Shown: piece by piece, positions 11,960-23,394 of the stretch
Numbering within the stretch: the stretch's first letter is position 1
Layout of the letters: every line of letters begins with the position of its first letter
Assembly (NCBI GenBank): GCA_010909165.1
Contig: MU008219.1
Location: forward strand, 124,001 to 188,000
Direction: 5' to 3'
DNA: 64,000 nucleotides
DNA from: Anthoceros angustus
Taxonomy: Eukaryota; Plantae; Anthocerotophyta
The notes under the pieces: generated by a model
Databases searched by the model: none
Told to the model about the DNA's origin: nothing
What the model saw: the letters and a program-made list of their open reading frames with translations, nothing else
Position numbers and translations under genes: made by a program

Positions 11960-11993
11960 TATAAAAACTCTTAGCAGCCAAGAATTAGGGTTT
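11960..11993 (+). promoter_or_regulatory. RPL32 core promoter: TATA box and telo-box
   Basis: TATAAAA at 11960 and TAGGGTTT (telo-box AAACCCTA in reverse) at 11986-11993, typical of plant ribosomal-protein genes. A probable 5'UTR intron ends at CTGCAG 12090. Confidence 0.7.
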
Positions 11994-12095
11994 ACGAGCT
12001 TCATTTCGAAGCAGCGACTGAGGTATCCTGCGTTGAAGCGGCGACGTGTGTACCTTCCCAGGCTTGGTGCGGGGCGCGGCAGCGCTGCAGGAGCC

Positions 12096-12771
12096 ATGGT
12101 GACGCCTCTTGTGAAACGCACGGTGGTGAAGAAGCGCGTGAAGAAGTTCAAGCGCATGCAGTCGGACCGCAAGATTTCTGTCAAGGTTGGTTCATTGGAT
12201 GAAAGCCGCGGATTTGGCAGGGTTTGGACTGAATTGTGTTGTTGTTGCGGTCTTGCTACTTAAGTGATGCTGCAATGTCTCAGGCTGACATGATGTAGCG
12301 GTACTTTGTTCTGGTGGTCGTTTCAGGAGAACTGGAGACGTCCCAAGGGTATCGATTCTAGGGTAAGGAGAAAGTTCAAGGGCACAACCTTGATGCCTAA
12401 CATTGGTTACGGCTCCAACAAGAAGACCCGGCATGTGCTTCCCAGCGGTTTCGTCAAATTCCTTGTCCACAACGTGAAGGAGTTGGATCTCCTGTTGATG
12501 CACAACAGGTGTGTTAGGCTGAGATGAAGTTTTTGTCTGTTAGCTGCTTGCTGAACGGGTTTTTGCTACACGGCAGAACACTGCCATTAATTCGAGGTTT
12601 GGTAGTTTTGTGGAGGACTGACCGGTTCATCCATTGTGCAGGAAGTACAGCGCCGAAATTGCTCACAACGTCTCAACTGCCAAGAGGAAGGCCATTGTTG
12701 AAAGGGCTCAGCAGCTGAATGTTGCCGTGACCAATGCCTCTGCCCGTCTTCGCAGCCAGGAGGATGAATAG
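12096..12771 (+). CDS. RPL32: 60S ribosomal protein L32 (eL32); exons 12096-12185, 12327-12508, 12642-12771
   Basis: [72 protein letters not shown]. Confidence 0.97.
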
Positions 12772-13215
12772 TCAGTTTACCCTCTGTTTTGCCTGCTGAG
12801 CCAGCAGTTTTGAAGAGAGCCTAATTTTGTCTTATCCGCATGACCGATAGCCGTTCATGTGGGAACGATTCGGCCCCTGTCGTTGATCTTTCAAAGGTGT
12901 ATCACAGGGCTTTGCCTTTCGTGTACGGCAGCTGAATGATTTGAGTTCGATTTTCGCCAACCTGGCTTGTGGTTTTCCATCCTCTCGAGAACTCATAAGC
13001 AGCGGATAATCGGAACGTGTATATCCTGATCCCGACGTTCCGAACGCTTCTCTGCACGCCCTTGGGTCTCCTTGTCAACCTCATCGGGTCTAAGCGTGTA
13101 ACGTGAATTCAATAGACCATTTCTCAGCGCATCGAATCACTGTTTCTTATGATTTTCTGTCTTGTGTTGCATTGACAGACGAAGGCATAAAAAGGTCGGT
13201 TTCATGCCAAAGCTT

Positions 13216-13235
13216 AAACCCTATACCCTAAACCC
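13216..13235 (+). promoter_or_regulatory. Telo-box-like motifs upstream of the maturase gene
   Basis: AAACCCTATACCCTAAACCC. Confidence 0.5.
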
Positions 13236-13311
13236 TTCCCGATTTGATGCGTTTGTGCATCAGTGACAATGTGGTGCTGTTGGTGGGGCTGCTGCTGCTG
13301 CTAATCGGGGT

Positions 13312-15140
13312 ATGGAGGAGGTACACAGCACGACGGTAAGGAGGGCGGCATGGGGAAGAATCCAATTCGGCCTCCCTTGATTTTCTTCCTTTTGAAGCAA
13401 CAGGTGGGGAATGCGATCAAGGTGCTGCTGACACCAAGACGGTCCTACTCACAATCTGCAGATGTGCCAAGTAGGTCTTTTCCGTTTCCAGATGTTACCG
13501 GCAACGGCAACGGCAGCGGCAGCAGACCATATCCTCGCCCTGGTGGGCAGTGGATGGGGAGCTGGGAGCTCAATCCAAGCTCGTCGCCACCCCCCGGAAG
13601 GATGGAGGGCAGGTTTAGGATGAACTCCTCGGAGGAGCCGTCAGTTAGGTTACACCGGGGGTATTATGGTAGGCATTTCATTTACTGCAAGAAGAATCCG
13701 AACATGATCCAGAGTGTGTTCCCAATGGAGAACTGGCAGAACCTATGCTGGTCGAATTGCACGAAAAGCGGGCTGGATCATGCGGACAGGATTCTTGCTG
13801 ACCCGTTCTGGACCCCTGATGCTCACGATGAGAGGGTGCAGAACAAGCTGCGCAGGGTTCTTGAGGAGATTTATGACCCAGAGTTTCTGGAGTGCTCGCA
13901 CGGGTTTCGTCCAGGTTTCTCTCAGCTCACTTGTTTGAGGCAGGTGAGACGTGATTATCAAGGCACTGTGTGGTTTATCGGGGTTGAACTGTCAAAGCAT
14001 CTCAGCAGTTTAAGCTATCCAGTGGTGCTTGGGCTGCTCAAGCGGAAAATTCGCGATTCCCAGTTCCTTAGCTTGGTCGACAGAGGGTTGAAAGGGGAGA
14101 TGCTGAGCACCAGTGTGAAGGCAGGAGCTTCTGCGGAGTTGATGAGGAGCTGTGCTCCTATTCTCACAAACATAGTGCTGCATGAGCTGGACAAGTTTTG
14201 CATGCGTTTAAAGCGTATCGTAGATAGAGGGAAGCTGATTGATGGCAGAATACTGTCATGGAAGACGGTGGATGCAGCAACCACGGCTCCCTTTCCTGTT
14301 TTGCCTTCTGATGGGAATGAGGCTAAGCTGACCAAGTTTGGACCTGCCAAAGTACTTCAGGATTCTTACTCCAGGCGATTTCATTATGTACGTTTCGGGA
14401 ATGAGGTTCTGTGTGGGGTCGTAGGCCCGCACGCCCTTGCTGACCGTCTGGTTGCACTTATGATCCGATTTCTCAAAGTGCGCCTCCACCTTGATTTAAC
14501 TGAGGATGATTTTGAGGTCACCCGAGCTAAGGGAGAGAAGATTCCTTTTCTCGGGTATCTGATTGGCAGGAACCCTGACTTTGCTGAGAAGTTGGTCCAT
14601 GTTGAGGATGGGAAGAAAAGGGTGGACAAGGTGTTCAAGCCGGGTAAATTGACTCTCATTGTTGACAAAGACAAAGTTGTTCGCAGATTGGCCGAGAAAG
14701 GCTTTTGCACCAAAGGGGGTGAACCGAGGCCCAACTTTCGGTATTTCCAGATGGCACAGAGCGAGTCTGTTTCTAAAATTGGGGCAATACTTAAGGGACT
14801 TGCTGAGTATTATCACCTGGCAGAATCAAAGAAGCGGGCCATTCTCTACTTCAACTGGATCATGCGTTCTTCTCTTGCTAAGACATTTGCTGCCAAGTTC
14901 AAGTTGAGGAGCCAAAGGAAAGTTTACAAACGAGGGACCCGGGACTTATCTAGGCCCATAGCACGGCAGAGTGCAAGTAAGAAGAAGAATGTCTACATAC
15001 CTGAATCTGAGAAACCTCATAATCAGAAAGGCAAGATGCAAGGCAGGAGGATGCAAGGTCTACCTTTCACCCGGAGCCGATTGATACCTGGACCTGACAC
15101 AAAGCCAATGCCTCGAGACTGGAAACCTGTGGGCAGATAG
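13312..15140 (+). CDS. Nuclear-encoded group II intron maturase (nMAT-like; degenerate RT plus domain X)
   Basis: RT motifs VLEEIYDPEFLECSHGFRPG, GTVWFI, APILTNIVLHELDKF, YVRFGNE (YADD position) and IPFLGY. Domain X reads DKVVRRLAEKGFC..ILKGLAEYYHLA..IMRSSLAKTFAAKFKL. A short first exon (13312-13335, MEEVHSTT) spliced via GTAAG..CAG (13336-13403) is likely; the alternative unspliced start is 13350. Confidence 0.9.
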
Positions 15141-15941
15141 GTCAGCACTCATGGGCGATGGCATCCAGCAGGAAATCAGTGACCAACGACCAAAGCTTAT
15201 TCCAGCTGCCCAAGCCGTCCTTGGAAACCAATGGCCTTCCTAAGCGGCAGCGTCTCTCAATCTAAGTGATCGTATGCTTTTTTGTAAGTGCGTGCTTATA
15301 TCTCTTACTCCCCCCTTGCAGCAATTGTGTCGTCGCTTGTACGTTCCTGACAGTCAATGAGAACCTGTTAGTTCCGGTGGCTGTTGTACAATGTTCCTCG
15401 TTGGCTCAGCACTAGCACGCACTAACGAAGTGCGCATGATTGTGTTGACCAGGGGCTTGCGAGGTTTAAACCCAACAGCACCTTGACGTGCTTTGTCCAA
15501 CTAAAGTCTGTAATATGCCAGAGCTGTGGAAAGGTTCAGTGGCCCTGACGGGTAAACCCAGATCCTTGCACTTCTTGAGAAGGTAGCAACGAGACCACAA
15601 CTTCCGTCGGTTGAGATATAAGCAACCGTAGAAGCTCACCAGTTCCTTTACGGTCATTATCCCTGACATGCTCGCATATGTACAATGAACTGAGGTTTCA
15701 CTACCAGGTACAGTGCCTGTTTTAGTGCCACTTGTCATTTGAAATTCATCTGAACTTTACCACAGGTTAAAAGTGTGTTCAGTGCAACGTAAACTGTACA
15801 CCGGGGCATTGCAAACTGTGATGACCAGAGGCAATCTTTGCAAAGACAGAATGTCGTGTCCTGGTAACAACACCGTAATTGAAGACAGGTTCAGAAAACA
15901 CATGGGCGCTCGCACTCTGATTCCAAAACGCGATGGTTAGC

Positions 15942-18127
15942 TCAGTAAGGGGAGCTCAGACTGATTTGAAATCCTCTTCTAACCCGATCATACTCTTGAA
16001 CCCGCAGCAGCTGGCAGTAATTGACCTACAATCAGACAAAATCGTGTGAGTCTCATTTGGACTCCAGGCAGAAACAAAGTGAAAAGGATTGTGTGTGGAT
16101 GTTGGGAAGAGAAGAGAACCTCAAGACGGAAGAGCTTCGTCGGGATGACAATACCCAACCCTGCACAGCACCGGAAGCCGGAGAGGAGCTTGGCCACCGA
16201 GATAGGTTGCCGATTGGCTCCAGTTAGTGACACCAAGTTGCCACCACACACAAACGAATGTCCATGAATACCGTAATCTCTACAAAATTTGATTGGCAGA
16301 TCAAAGGACAGGTCTGCAAATGTAGACATGGCCAAATCTCCTCCTAAAGTATCCCTCTTGAAGGGAGCCTTTGCCTCCTCTGCCTCAGCACTTCCCCGAG
16401 GAGCTCGTCGTCTCTGATCACTTGGACCAACACCCCTGCTGCGAAAACCGGGCAAAGCAGAGGGGCCCCTCAATTCGCCCAACAAAGATGAGTGCCCGCC
16501 CATAAAAAATCTGTCGCTAATGGGAGTGGTCTTATGCATAAAACCTGGTCCCCATGGAAGAATCAAACCACCTGCCACCCCAAAATTGAGTGCCGCATTG
16601 AAGAAGCCAAGGGGAAGAGCCCATCTGAAATCGAACTCCTGCGACACATTGGCAGCAAAAACTTCAACTCCAATAGTCATCCACATTTGTCTAGCATTCA
16701 CCTGAAACAGTTTCCTGATAGGAAAGAAGCATTTGGAAAGAACTGGTCTCACCTGACGAACAAATCTCAAAAGCCGGCTATCAGGTCCAAGGCCTGCCAC
16801 CTGTGTTGATGACACAAATGCAAACCCCTTCGTGGGCCGCAATGCAGAGTTTCTGCGATCAAGTTTGAACGAGTACTTAATAGAAGAGAGCAGGAAATGC
16901 CCCAGCTGCTGACGTACTGCTTGAGATGCAACCCGAGATGGATCTCTCAAGTCCCGCCAAGTAAGATTGTAGCTGATATCATGGTGTTCGTCATCCAACA
17001 GGCCTACGGAGAACCCCATCAACCGCTCTCTGTATGATGACCCTTTGGAAAAGTCCTGCGTCAGATGAGACGCCCGGGCCTGCAAAGCCGCAGGTAAACC
17101 TCGAAATCTAGGATAATTGAGGCCCACCCCAACTTCGGATGTAGTACCCAAGCCGTAGCAACCTGTTCCGTCCCAAGTCTCTCCATACCCCAGTATGTTT
17201 TTCCATTTCAACGCTCCCTCCAGGGACCAATTCCTCTTCTACACACGCCATAGACGGCTGATTGAGAGCATAGCTCGAGCAATTGAATGCACGCAAATGA
17301 AGATGACCTCCCTCAAACCCCTTGCTATGCTAATTCCCCGAGACCAAGGCTAGTTAGCAAGCAATTGGCTTCACATGCATAAACCCCTCCCAACCCTTAA
17401 ACCCTGCAAGCAATACTGGCATGGCGTAGGGGTTGATCCAACACTGCAAACAGCAATTCTTCACACAAAGATCTGAAACCACAAGACATATTCCACTCAC
17501 CTCAGGCTTGGAATAAAAGCCAACATCACCCGAGAAAGGCCTCTTGGCTTCCTCCACTTCCACCACCACATTTGCAGTGTGAGGCAGCTCAGCTGGGCCC
17601 GCATCCAGTGTGATGAGGCACTTATCGAAGATCCCCATCTCCTGCATCCGGGCTTTAGCATATGATGCCTCCTGGATAAGCTCCTGCATTGTCTCCACCC
17701 TCTTCACATCCTCCAGCTGGGCTTCGATCACACTGTCCTTCGTTTTGGTGTTGCCAACAATGGTGATGTCATGCACCCGCACAGGCAGAGGCTTCTCGGT
17801 CAACTTCTTACTGATCTTCTCAATCAGCTTCTCCCCAACGTTCTCATCGTCCTCCTCCTCCTCCTCTTCCTCCTCCTCACCTCCTGCCCCTTGAGCAAAT
17901 GCAAACTCCCGCAACACATCATCAGCAAGGCTCTCCGGCAACTCCCCATCCCCACCTTCCTGGCCCGAAGCAGTTCCACCACCTGCATCCTCCTCACCGT
18001 CATCAGAAGAAGCAGGCTCTTCCAATTCCAAGTTCGTGTCCTCCGCGACTTCTCCCTCCACCCCTTCTCCCTGCTCTGCACCTGGTGCAGCCTGCCCCTC
18101 GCCGGACTCGCCGGCAGCCGCCCCCAT
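15942..18127 (-). CDS. SAM50: Mitochondrial sorting and assembly machinery component 50 (Omp85 family), multi-exon
   Basis: Acidic N-terminus, POTRA-like RVHDITIVGNTKTKDSVIE, KNILGYGETW, DRFFMGG, GFRSRGVGP, LGGD and LEVNYC..GFQISLSSPY*. Confidence 0.93.
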
Positions 18128-18389
18128 TCCCTCACCGCAGCCCACAAGCCCAGCAGCTAGGAGAAGCACAAATCATGGACCCCAGGAGGCCCAGATCCCT
18201 GCATCACCCGGCCCCGGCGGCCCTAGCTCAAACCCGCCCACAAACTTCCACCAAGAAGCGTACATGACTTGCCGGGATCTGTCCTTCATTCCAGCCCAAC
18301 TCCTCGGCACATTGGGTTTTCCCAATTTTTGTTGCCAATCTCACAAATCTCCGCCTCCTTCCATAGCAGCCCGCCACAGGCTCGCCCAT

Positions 18390-18820
18390 CTGCTGCTCCT
18401 GCTCCTGCTCCTGCTGCTACTGCAGCATCTTTGCTCCACTTTTGCCGGCCATGGTTGTGCCATCCGCGGTCGTGCCATTGCTGCTCTGTGCTGCTGCTGC
18501 TGCTTCCTCTGAGAAGCCGAGTCACTGCACGAGCTTTCCGCGAAGCAGGCTGCTGGGCGGCTCCAAGATGGTGCTGGCTGCACCGGATGGACTCGCGGTC
18601 TGAGCTCGGGAGCTGCGCAGGCCCGGCAGCTGGTCATTCTGTTTGGGAGAGTCGGCACAGCTGGGATCCGCCAATTCTTGGAGGGAGGGATGGTGGATGT
18701 GTCAACAGGACAGGTGCGGGTATGGTTGCTGGGAGCTCCAGTCCGTGTCTGCGGCTGTAGTGGAACTTCATTGCCGTGGAATGACGGCACTCGATGATGA
18801 TGATGATGATGACGATGATA
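18390..18820. repeat. (CTG)n and (GAT)n microsatellites between SAM50 and the trihelix gene
   Basis: CTGCTC/CTG runs at 18390-18505 and a GAT run at about 18793-18819. Confidence 0.7.
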
Positions 18821-19447
18821 CACCAGGTACTCAAGCCTTCAATTTGCTCCTGAGCATTCTTCCCATAGGAAGCAAGCTGGGGTACTAATGTGGTATGCTA
18901 GTTCCGATTCTGAGGTATTGTCCAGGGCGCTGCCTGATCGTCTCTGAGCTCTTTCTATGTACAATGGAAGCGTGGTGGAGGTGAAACCTTTCCTGCTTGG
19001 CTTCTAATGTTGCATCTTGTCTTCCTTTGTAGAGGTACCTGATGCGAAGAATCTTTCCCCTGTGAAGTTGGCCCGGGCTTGGAGTGACTCCTCGAAGGTG
19101 AGCTGGCTTAGGCGTGCAAGATACTGGCCGCATTCTCCTCAGAGAGACATTCATGGTTTGCTTGCCATTGCTCAGTCTAATATTTTTGTTTACGGTATTC
19201 CCAGCTTGGGGGCCCCCGACTGGAAGAAGACTGCGAAGTATGAGAACAAGGTGAGCTTTGAGTATTTGGAATGTTGGTCAACAAGGTGGCCAGTCGTGGA
19301 AAGACTGAAGTTTCTTAAACTTGTGCCTTGCCGCTCCCTGCACATGCATTACCCTGGGACTTGTGATTTGGTCGGTTAAGATTGTTGAGTTTGTTCTAGT
19401 TGTGACTCGGTTTCCTCGTCTCTCAGGTTTGCAGTGAGTGGGTTGTA

Positions 19448-20842
19448 ATGGCAGACGAGTTGGACAACACAGCAGCAGTTGGTAGTCCCGCAAGTAGAAA
19501 AGTTTCAGCAAGGACTAGGACGGAGAATTGGACCTCGCACGAGATTCAATCTCTGGTATTTGCCAAAAAGGCACAGTTGGAGAGTTTGGAAGGAAAGGTA
19601 CCTTTGGCCGTATTCCAAGGAAACCAGGATAGATGGAAAGAAATTGTCTGCCACATGGAATCGGAGTCCAAAGTGACCACAAGATCAGACAAACAATGCA
19701 GGGAGAAGTGGGAAGGATTGCAGAAAGAGTTCAAGAAAATTAAGGAGTATTTGGCAGCTCCAGGTGCTGTGGACTACTGGGCCATGTCACATGTTGAAAG
19801 GCGACAACTGAAGCTGCCTGTGTTTTTTGATAAAACTGCTTATGATTGCATGGAGAAGTTCCAGGGCAAAAAGTATATCCAGATGTCCAATAATGCAGGG
19901 AAAAAAATGCCGTCCAGGACACGGACAGTGAATTGGACTTCTCACGAAATTCAAGCCCTAGTTTATGCCAAAAAGGCCCAGTGGGAGGCTCTTTCAGGAA
20001 AGCCTAGCATGGCTAGGTTCCAAGGGCAACAAGATCGCTGGAAAGATGTGGTGACTCACATGGAGAATGAGGCCCAGGTGAAGTCCAGGACAGTGGAGCA
20101 GAGCAGAGGCAAGTGGGAAGGCTTGCAGAAGGAGTTCAAAAGGATCAAGGAGTACATGGCAAGCCCAGGTGCCAGAGACTATTGGATCATGTCGCATGCT
20201 GAGCGACGGCAGTTGAAATTGCCTGTCTACTTTGACAGACTGGCCTACGATTGCATGGACGAGTTTCATGGTAAGAGGTATGGCCAACTATCGAGCATAC
20301 CCACAGACCAGCTGTTTGACACCAATAACAGGGGATCGATGTCCAGCAATGTTTCTCCTCACTCTCCGGAGACCTCGTCTCAGCCTGACATGGCCAACCT
20401 TGATAAGATCCAGACATTCTGTGATGATATTGCCCGAGAAGTGCATGAGCCAGAGCCTATGGAAACCATGGAAACCCCCATGCCTCAGAAGGAGAACAGT
20501 AGCCAGACAAGCGGGCACAGGATTCTAGCGGGTTGCAACTCATCCAGGAAGAGGAAGGCTCGGGTGTCTGTCGATTCCCTGGTTCGGATGGTGAAGGACT
20601 CCAACATGTCACTTGTCAATGCCATAGTGGCCGGTAACAACAAACGAGACGAGCACCGGAAACGGATGATGTTTTTTGAGGAACGTAAGCTGGAGCAGAG
20701 ACAGGCGTTGATTGAAGTCGAGAACACCAAGCTTGCAGCAGAGAAGGAGCGGGATAATAAGGCAGCACAGAACATGGAAAATCTGGTGTCTGCATTAGGT
20801 GCTTTGGTGTCTGTGATTGGGAGCCTCACTAAGAAGGACTGA
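19448..20842 (+). CDS. Trihelix (Myb/SANT-like) DNA-binding protein with two tandem domains and a C-terminal coiled coil
   Basis: Two copies, 135 aa apart, of RTxNWTSHEIQxLVxAKK..RWK....H.....RxxxQxRxKWEGLQKEFKxIKEY..DYW.MSH.ERRQLKLPVxFDxxAYDCM. The C-terminus has an NLS-like RKRK and an EERKLEQRQ coiled coil. Extra 5' exons may lie in 18.8-19.43 kb. Confidence 0.9.
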   Translation: MADELDNTAAVGSPASRKVSARTRTENWTSHEIQSLVFAKKAQLESLEGKVPLAVFQGNQDRWKEIVCHMESESKVTTRSDKQCREKWEGLQKEFKKIKEYLAAPGAVDYWAMSHVERRQLKLPVFFDKTAYDCMEKFQGKKYIQMSNNAGKKMPSRTRTVNWTSHEIQALVYAKKAQWEALSGKPSMARFQGQQDRWKDVVTHMENEAQVKSRTVEQSRGKWEGLQKEFKRIKEYMASPGARDYWIMSHAERRQLKLPVYFDRLAYDCMDEFHGKRYGQLSSIPTDQLFDTNNRGSMSSNVSPHSPETSSQPDMANLDKIQTFCDDIAREVHEPEPMETMETPMPQKENSSQTSGHRILAGCNSSRKRKARVSVDSLVRMVKDSNMSLVNAIVAGNNKRDEHRKRMMFFEERKLEQRQALIEVENTKLAAEKERDNKAAQNMENLVSALGALVSVIGSLTKKD

Positions 20843-22227
20843 CAGCCACTTCCTGGAGCCTTCAAGTAGCGTAGATCATTGCTTATCGAGCTCCTGCTAT
20901 AGATGGGGCAGGGTCTTGGATGATTTTTTTGTCCAGCGCTCAGTAACTCCCTTCAGGATCTCCGTCCCGTGCCTGTTACTACCAAACAGCGAGGCGATGA
21001 GTGTAGGTTCTGAGGTTATCTGGTTAGACGAAGACTGAAAGCTAAACCAGTTACAGATTGTCATGACCGGAGTGGCTTGGGATGGTATGCCTGAAAACCC
21101 ATGATTCAGAAGCGCTCCAAGAAAATGCCGCAACTACCAACCCAGACGAGTTAGCTCGAACTAAGCATCAAAGAAGAGAGTCCCCTCAGAAACAGGAGTG
21201 TCGACACCGAGCATCTGATTTGCTCGTTCTGAACAAACGTATCGGGCAGAGCAGGGAGAATACTTTCGAAGGGCAGCGCATAGCCAAACGACTGCTCGCC
21301 AGACTTAGGTTTTTTTGTCGCTTCGAGTCCTCACATAGGACCCAATATTTGCTTTTCACCTGTCCAAAAGAACTTAGTTATGCGGACCACGAACAAAAGG
21401 GAAGCATGGAACTTCAAGTTCACAAGAGATGTGACTAACATAGGCAACCAGGTATGAAATTTTTGCAGGCAATGGGCCACTGTTCTAAGGTGGCCTGCCT
21501 TTTCTGAAGCCCTTCAGGACGTATGCCTGTAATGGGCCAGTTTCAGGGTCCTTTAAAAAGGAAAAAAGGAAAAAAAATAATAATAGTGATGATAAAGCAA
21601 AGGCAAATTAAGGAACGGCATATCGTTGATAGTTGGTTAGGAAAGCCGTATTGTTGGGGGATTATGTGTTGAGAAGACTCCCTACTACCCAGTGGTGCCT
21701 ACATGCTACAACCCAAGCCCAGCCTATCACAAACACTAATCTTAACAATCGGGGTAGGTGTTAAGTAGGTGAAACCACTAACTCGTTTTAACTGTTTGTG
21801 ATGGGATGATACATGACTGGTATGGTTGCCGCTGGGACACGATAAGCGAAAAGTGGAGCCCGCTCCCGGGTGGTGGAGTCCGGAGCACAGGAAACTGTGG
21901 CAACTTGCGGGCGCAACAGTCGTCCTTCCTTGAGATGCGGATCCATGCGAATGTTGCAGCAGCAGCAGGAGATGCAGTGGACGGCAAGCTCATATTCAAT
22001 TGCTTCGAATTTAAAGCCGGTAGATGGCGACCGGGAAGTGCAGCCTTGTTGTCCTCATTCCATCCGGAGCTCGGTGGATCGGCGTTGCTGGAATCTTTCT
22101 CCAGCTCAAGCTTGCAGCTGGTCCGTCGGCAAAGGCAAAGGATAAGAGCCAGGGCATTGCAAGTGCAATTCAGAGCCGTGGCGTAGATTGATCGGTGGAG
22201 CAGGCCGGAATCGGAAAGGATCGATCC

Positions 22228-23394
22228 ATGGCGGCTCCGACGTCGAATGCTAAGCATTTCGTGCTGGTGCACGGAGGCGCTCACGGGGCGTGGTGCTGGT
22301 ACAAAATTGTTGATCTGCTGCAACAGGCGGGCCACAAAGTGTCCGCACTGGACCTGGCCAGCGCCGGGATTAACAACGCGGATCCCGGCCAGGTGGCCAC
22401 CCTGCAGCAGCTGGCAACTCCTCTCCTCTCCTTCCTCCAGGCTCTGCCGGACTCCGAGAAGGTAAACGCTAGCCTACCTTACCCTAGAAGGTAAACCCTT
22501 GCAGACGTGCTTACAAGTGGACCATCTCTAATGCATTTTAATCATTTACAAGTGTATCGATGTTTCATGCATGCCAATGTTATTTCCATTGGTGGCCTGC
22601 AGGTGATCTTGGTGGTGCACAGCATGGGGGGCTTGAGTGGCACACTGGCCATGGAGCTCTTCCCCGGCAAGATAGCAGCCGCCGTCTTTGTGGCTGCATT
22701 GATGTTCCCCGACCCTGAGCACGAGAACGCTGGTGCAATTATCCAGGTATAATTGTTCTTTGCACATGTCCGCATTTGTCATCTGTTCATTAGTTTTTGT
22801 TCACAACCTCACTGAGTCGTGTTGCTGCACTGCACTGGCATTGCCAATTGGAAATGCACCGATCTAGGTGTTCGAAAGTCTGTTTGCGACACTAATGACT
22901 GGCAAGGTTCGCCTGATATTCGGGAACGGGGCTGAGAAGCCACCCACGGCTATGGAAATAGGGCTGGATCACGCGGTCGACCTCTTCTACCACTTGTCCC
23001 CATCGCTGGTATGTGGTTCCTCATTTTGGAATGACTAATTTAGTCTCGCAGCTGGGTATTGAATTTGTATCCGAAAATGTACCAATGTTTTGTTGATGTG
23101 AGCTTTGTGGTGCAGGATGTGGCTCTGGCGAAGCTGTGCTTGAAGCCGTTTCCCGCGTGGAGCGACATGGGGCGGGAATTACTGGTGTCCATCACTCCGG
23201 AGCGATATGGGAGCGTGCCCAGGGCATACCTGGACTGCAAAGAGGACAGGGCTGTCACCGGAGACCTGGCGGACATCATGTGTCGGTCGCTTCCACCCAA
23301 GGAACGAATTTTGCTGCAAGCGGACCACAGCCCCTTTTTCTCCGCTCCCGCCGACCTTACGGCTCACCTGTTGCGCATCGCTCAACAAACTTAA
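22228..23394 (+). CDS. Methylesterase (MES/SABP2/HNL-family alpha/beta hydrolase); exons 22228-22461, 22603-22746, 22868-23008, 23116-23394
   Basis: HFVLVHGGAHGAWCWYK, nucleophile elbow VHSMGG, EDRAV (Asp) and ADHSPF (His). The spliced frame is intact. Confidence 0.93.

Noticed and set aside
11376-11964. Short ORFs upstream of RPL32
   Set aside because: No recognisable motifs or convincing splice chain.
13350-15140. Active group II intron, retron or DGR reverse transcriptase
   Set aside because: The catalytic aspartates are missing, I see no intron domain V, msr/msd or template repeat, and the context is a nuclear spliceosomal gene.
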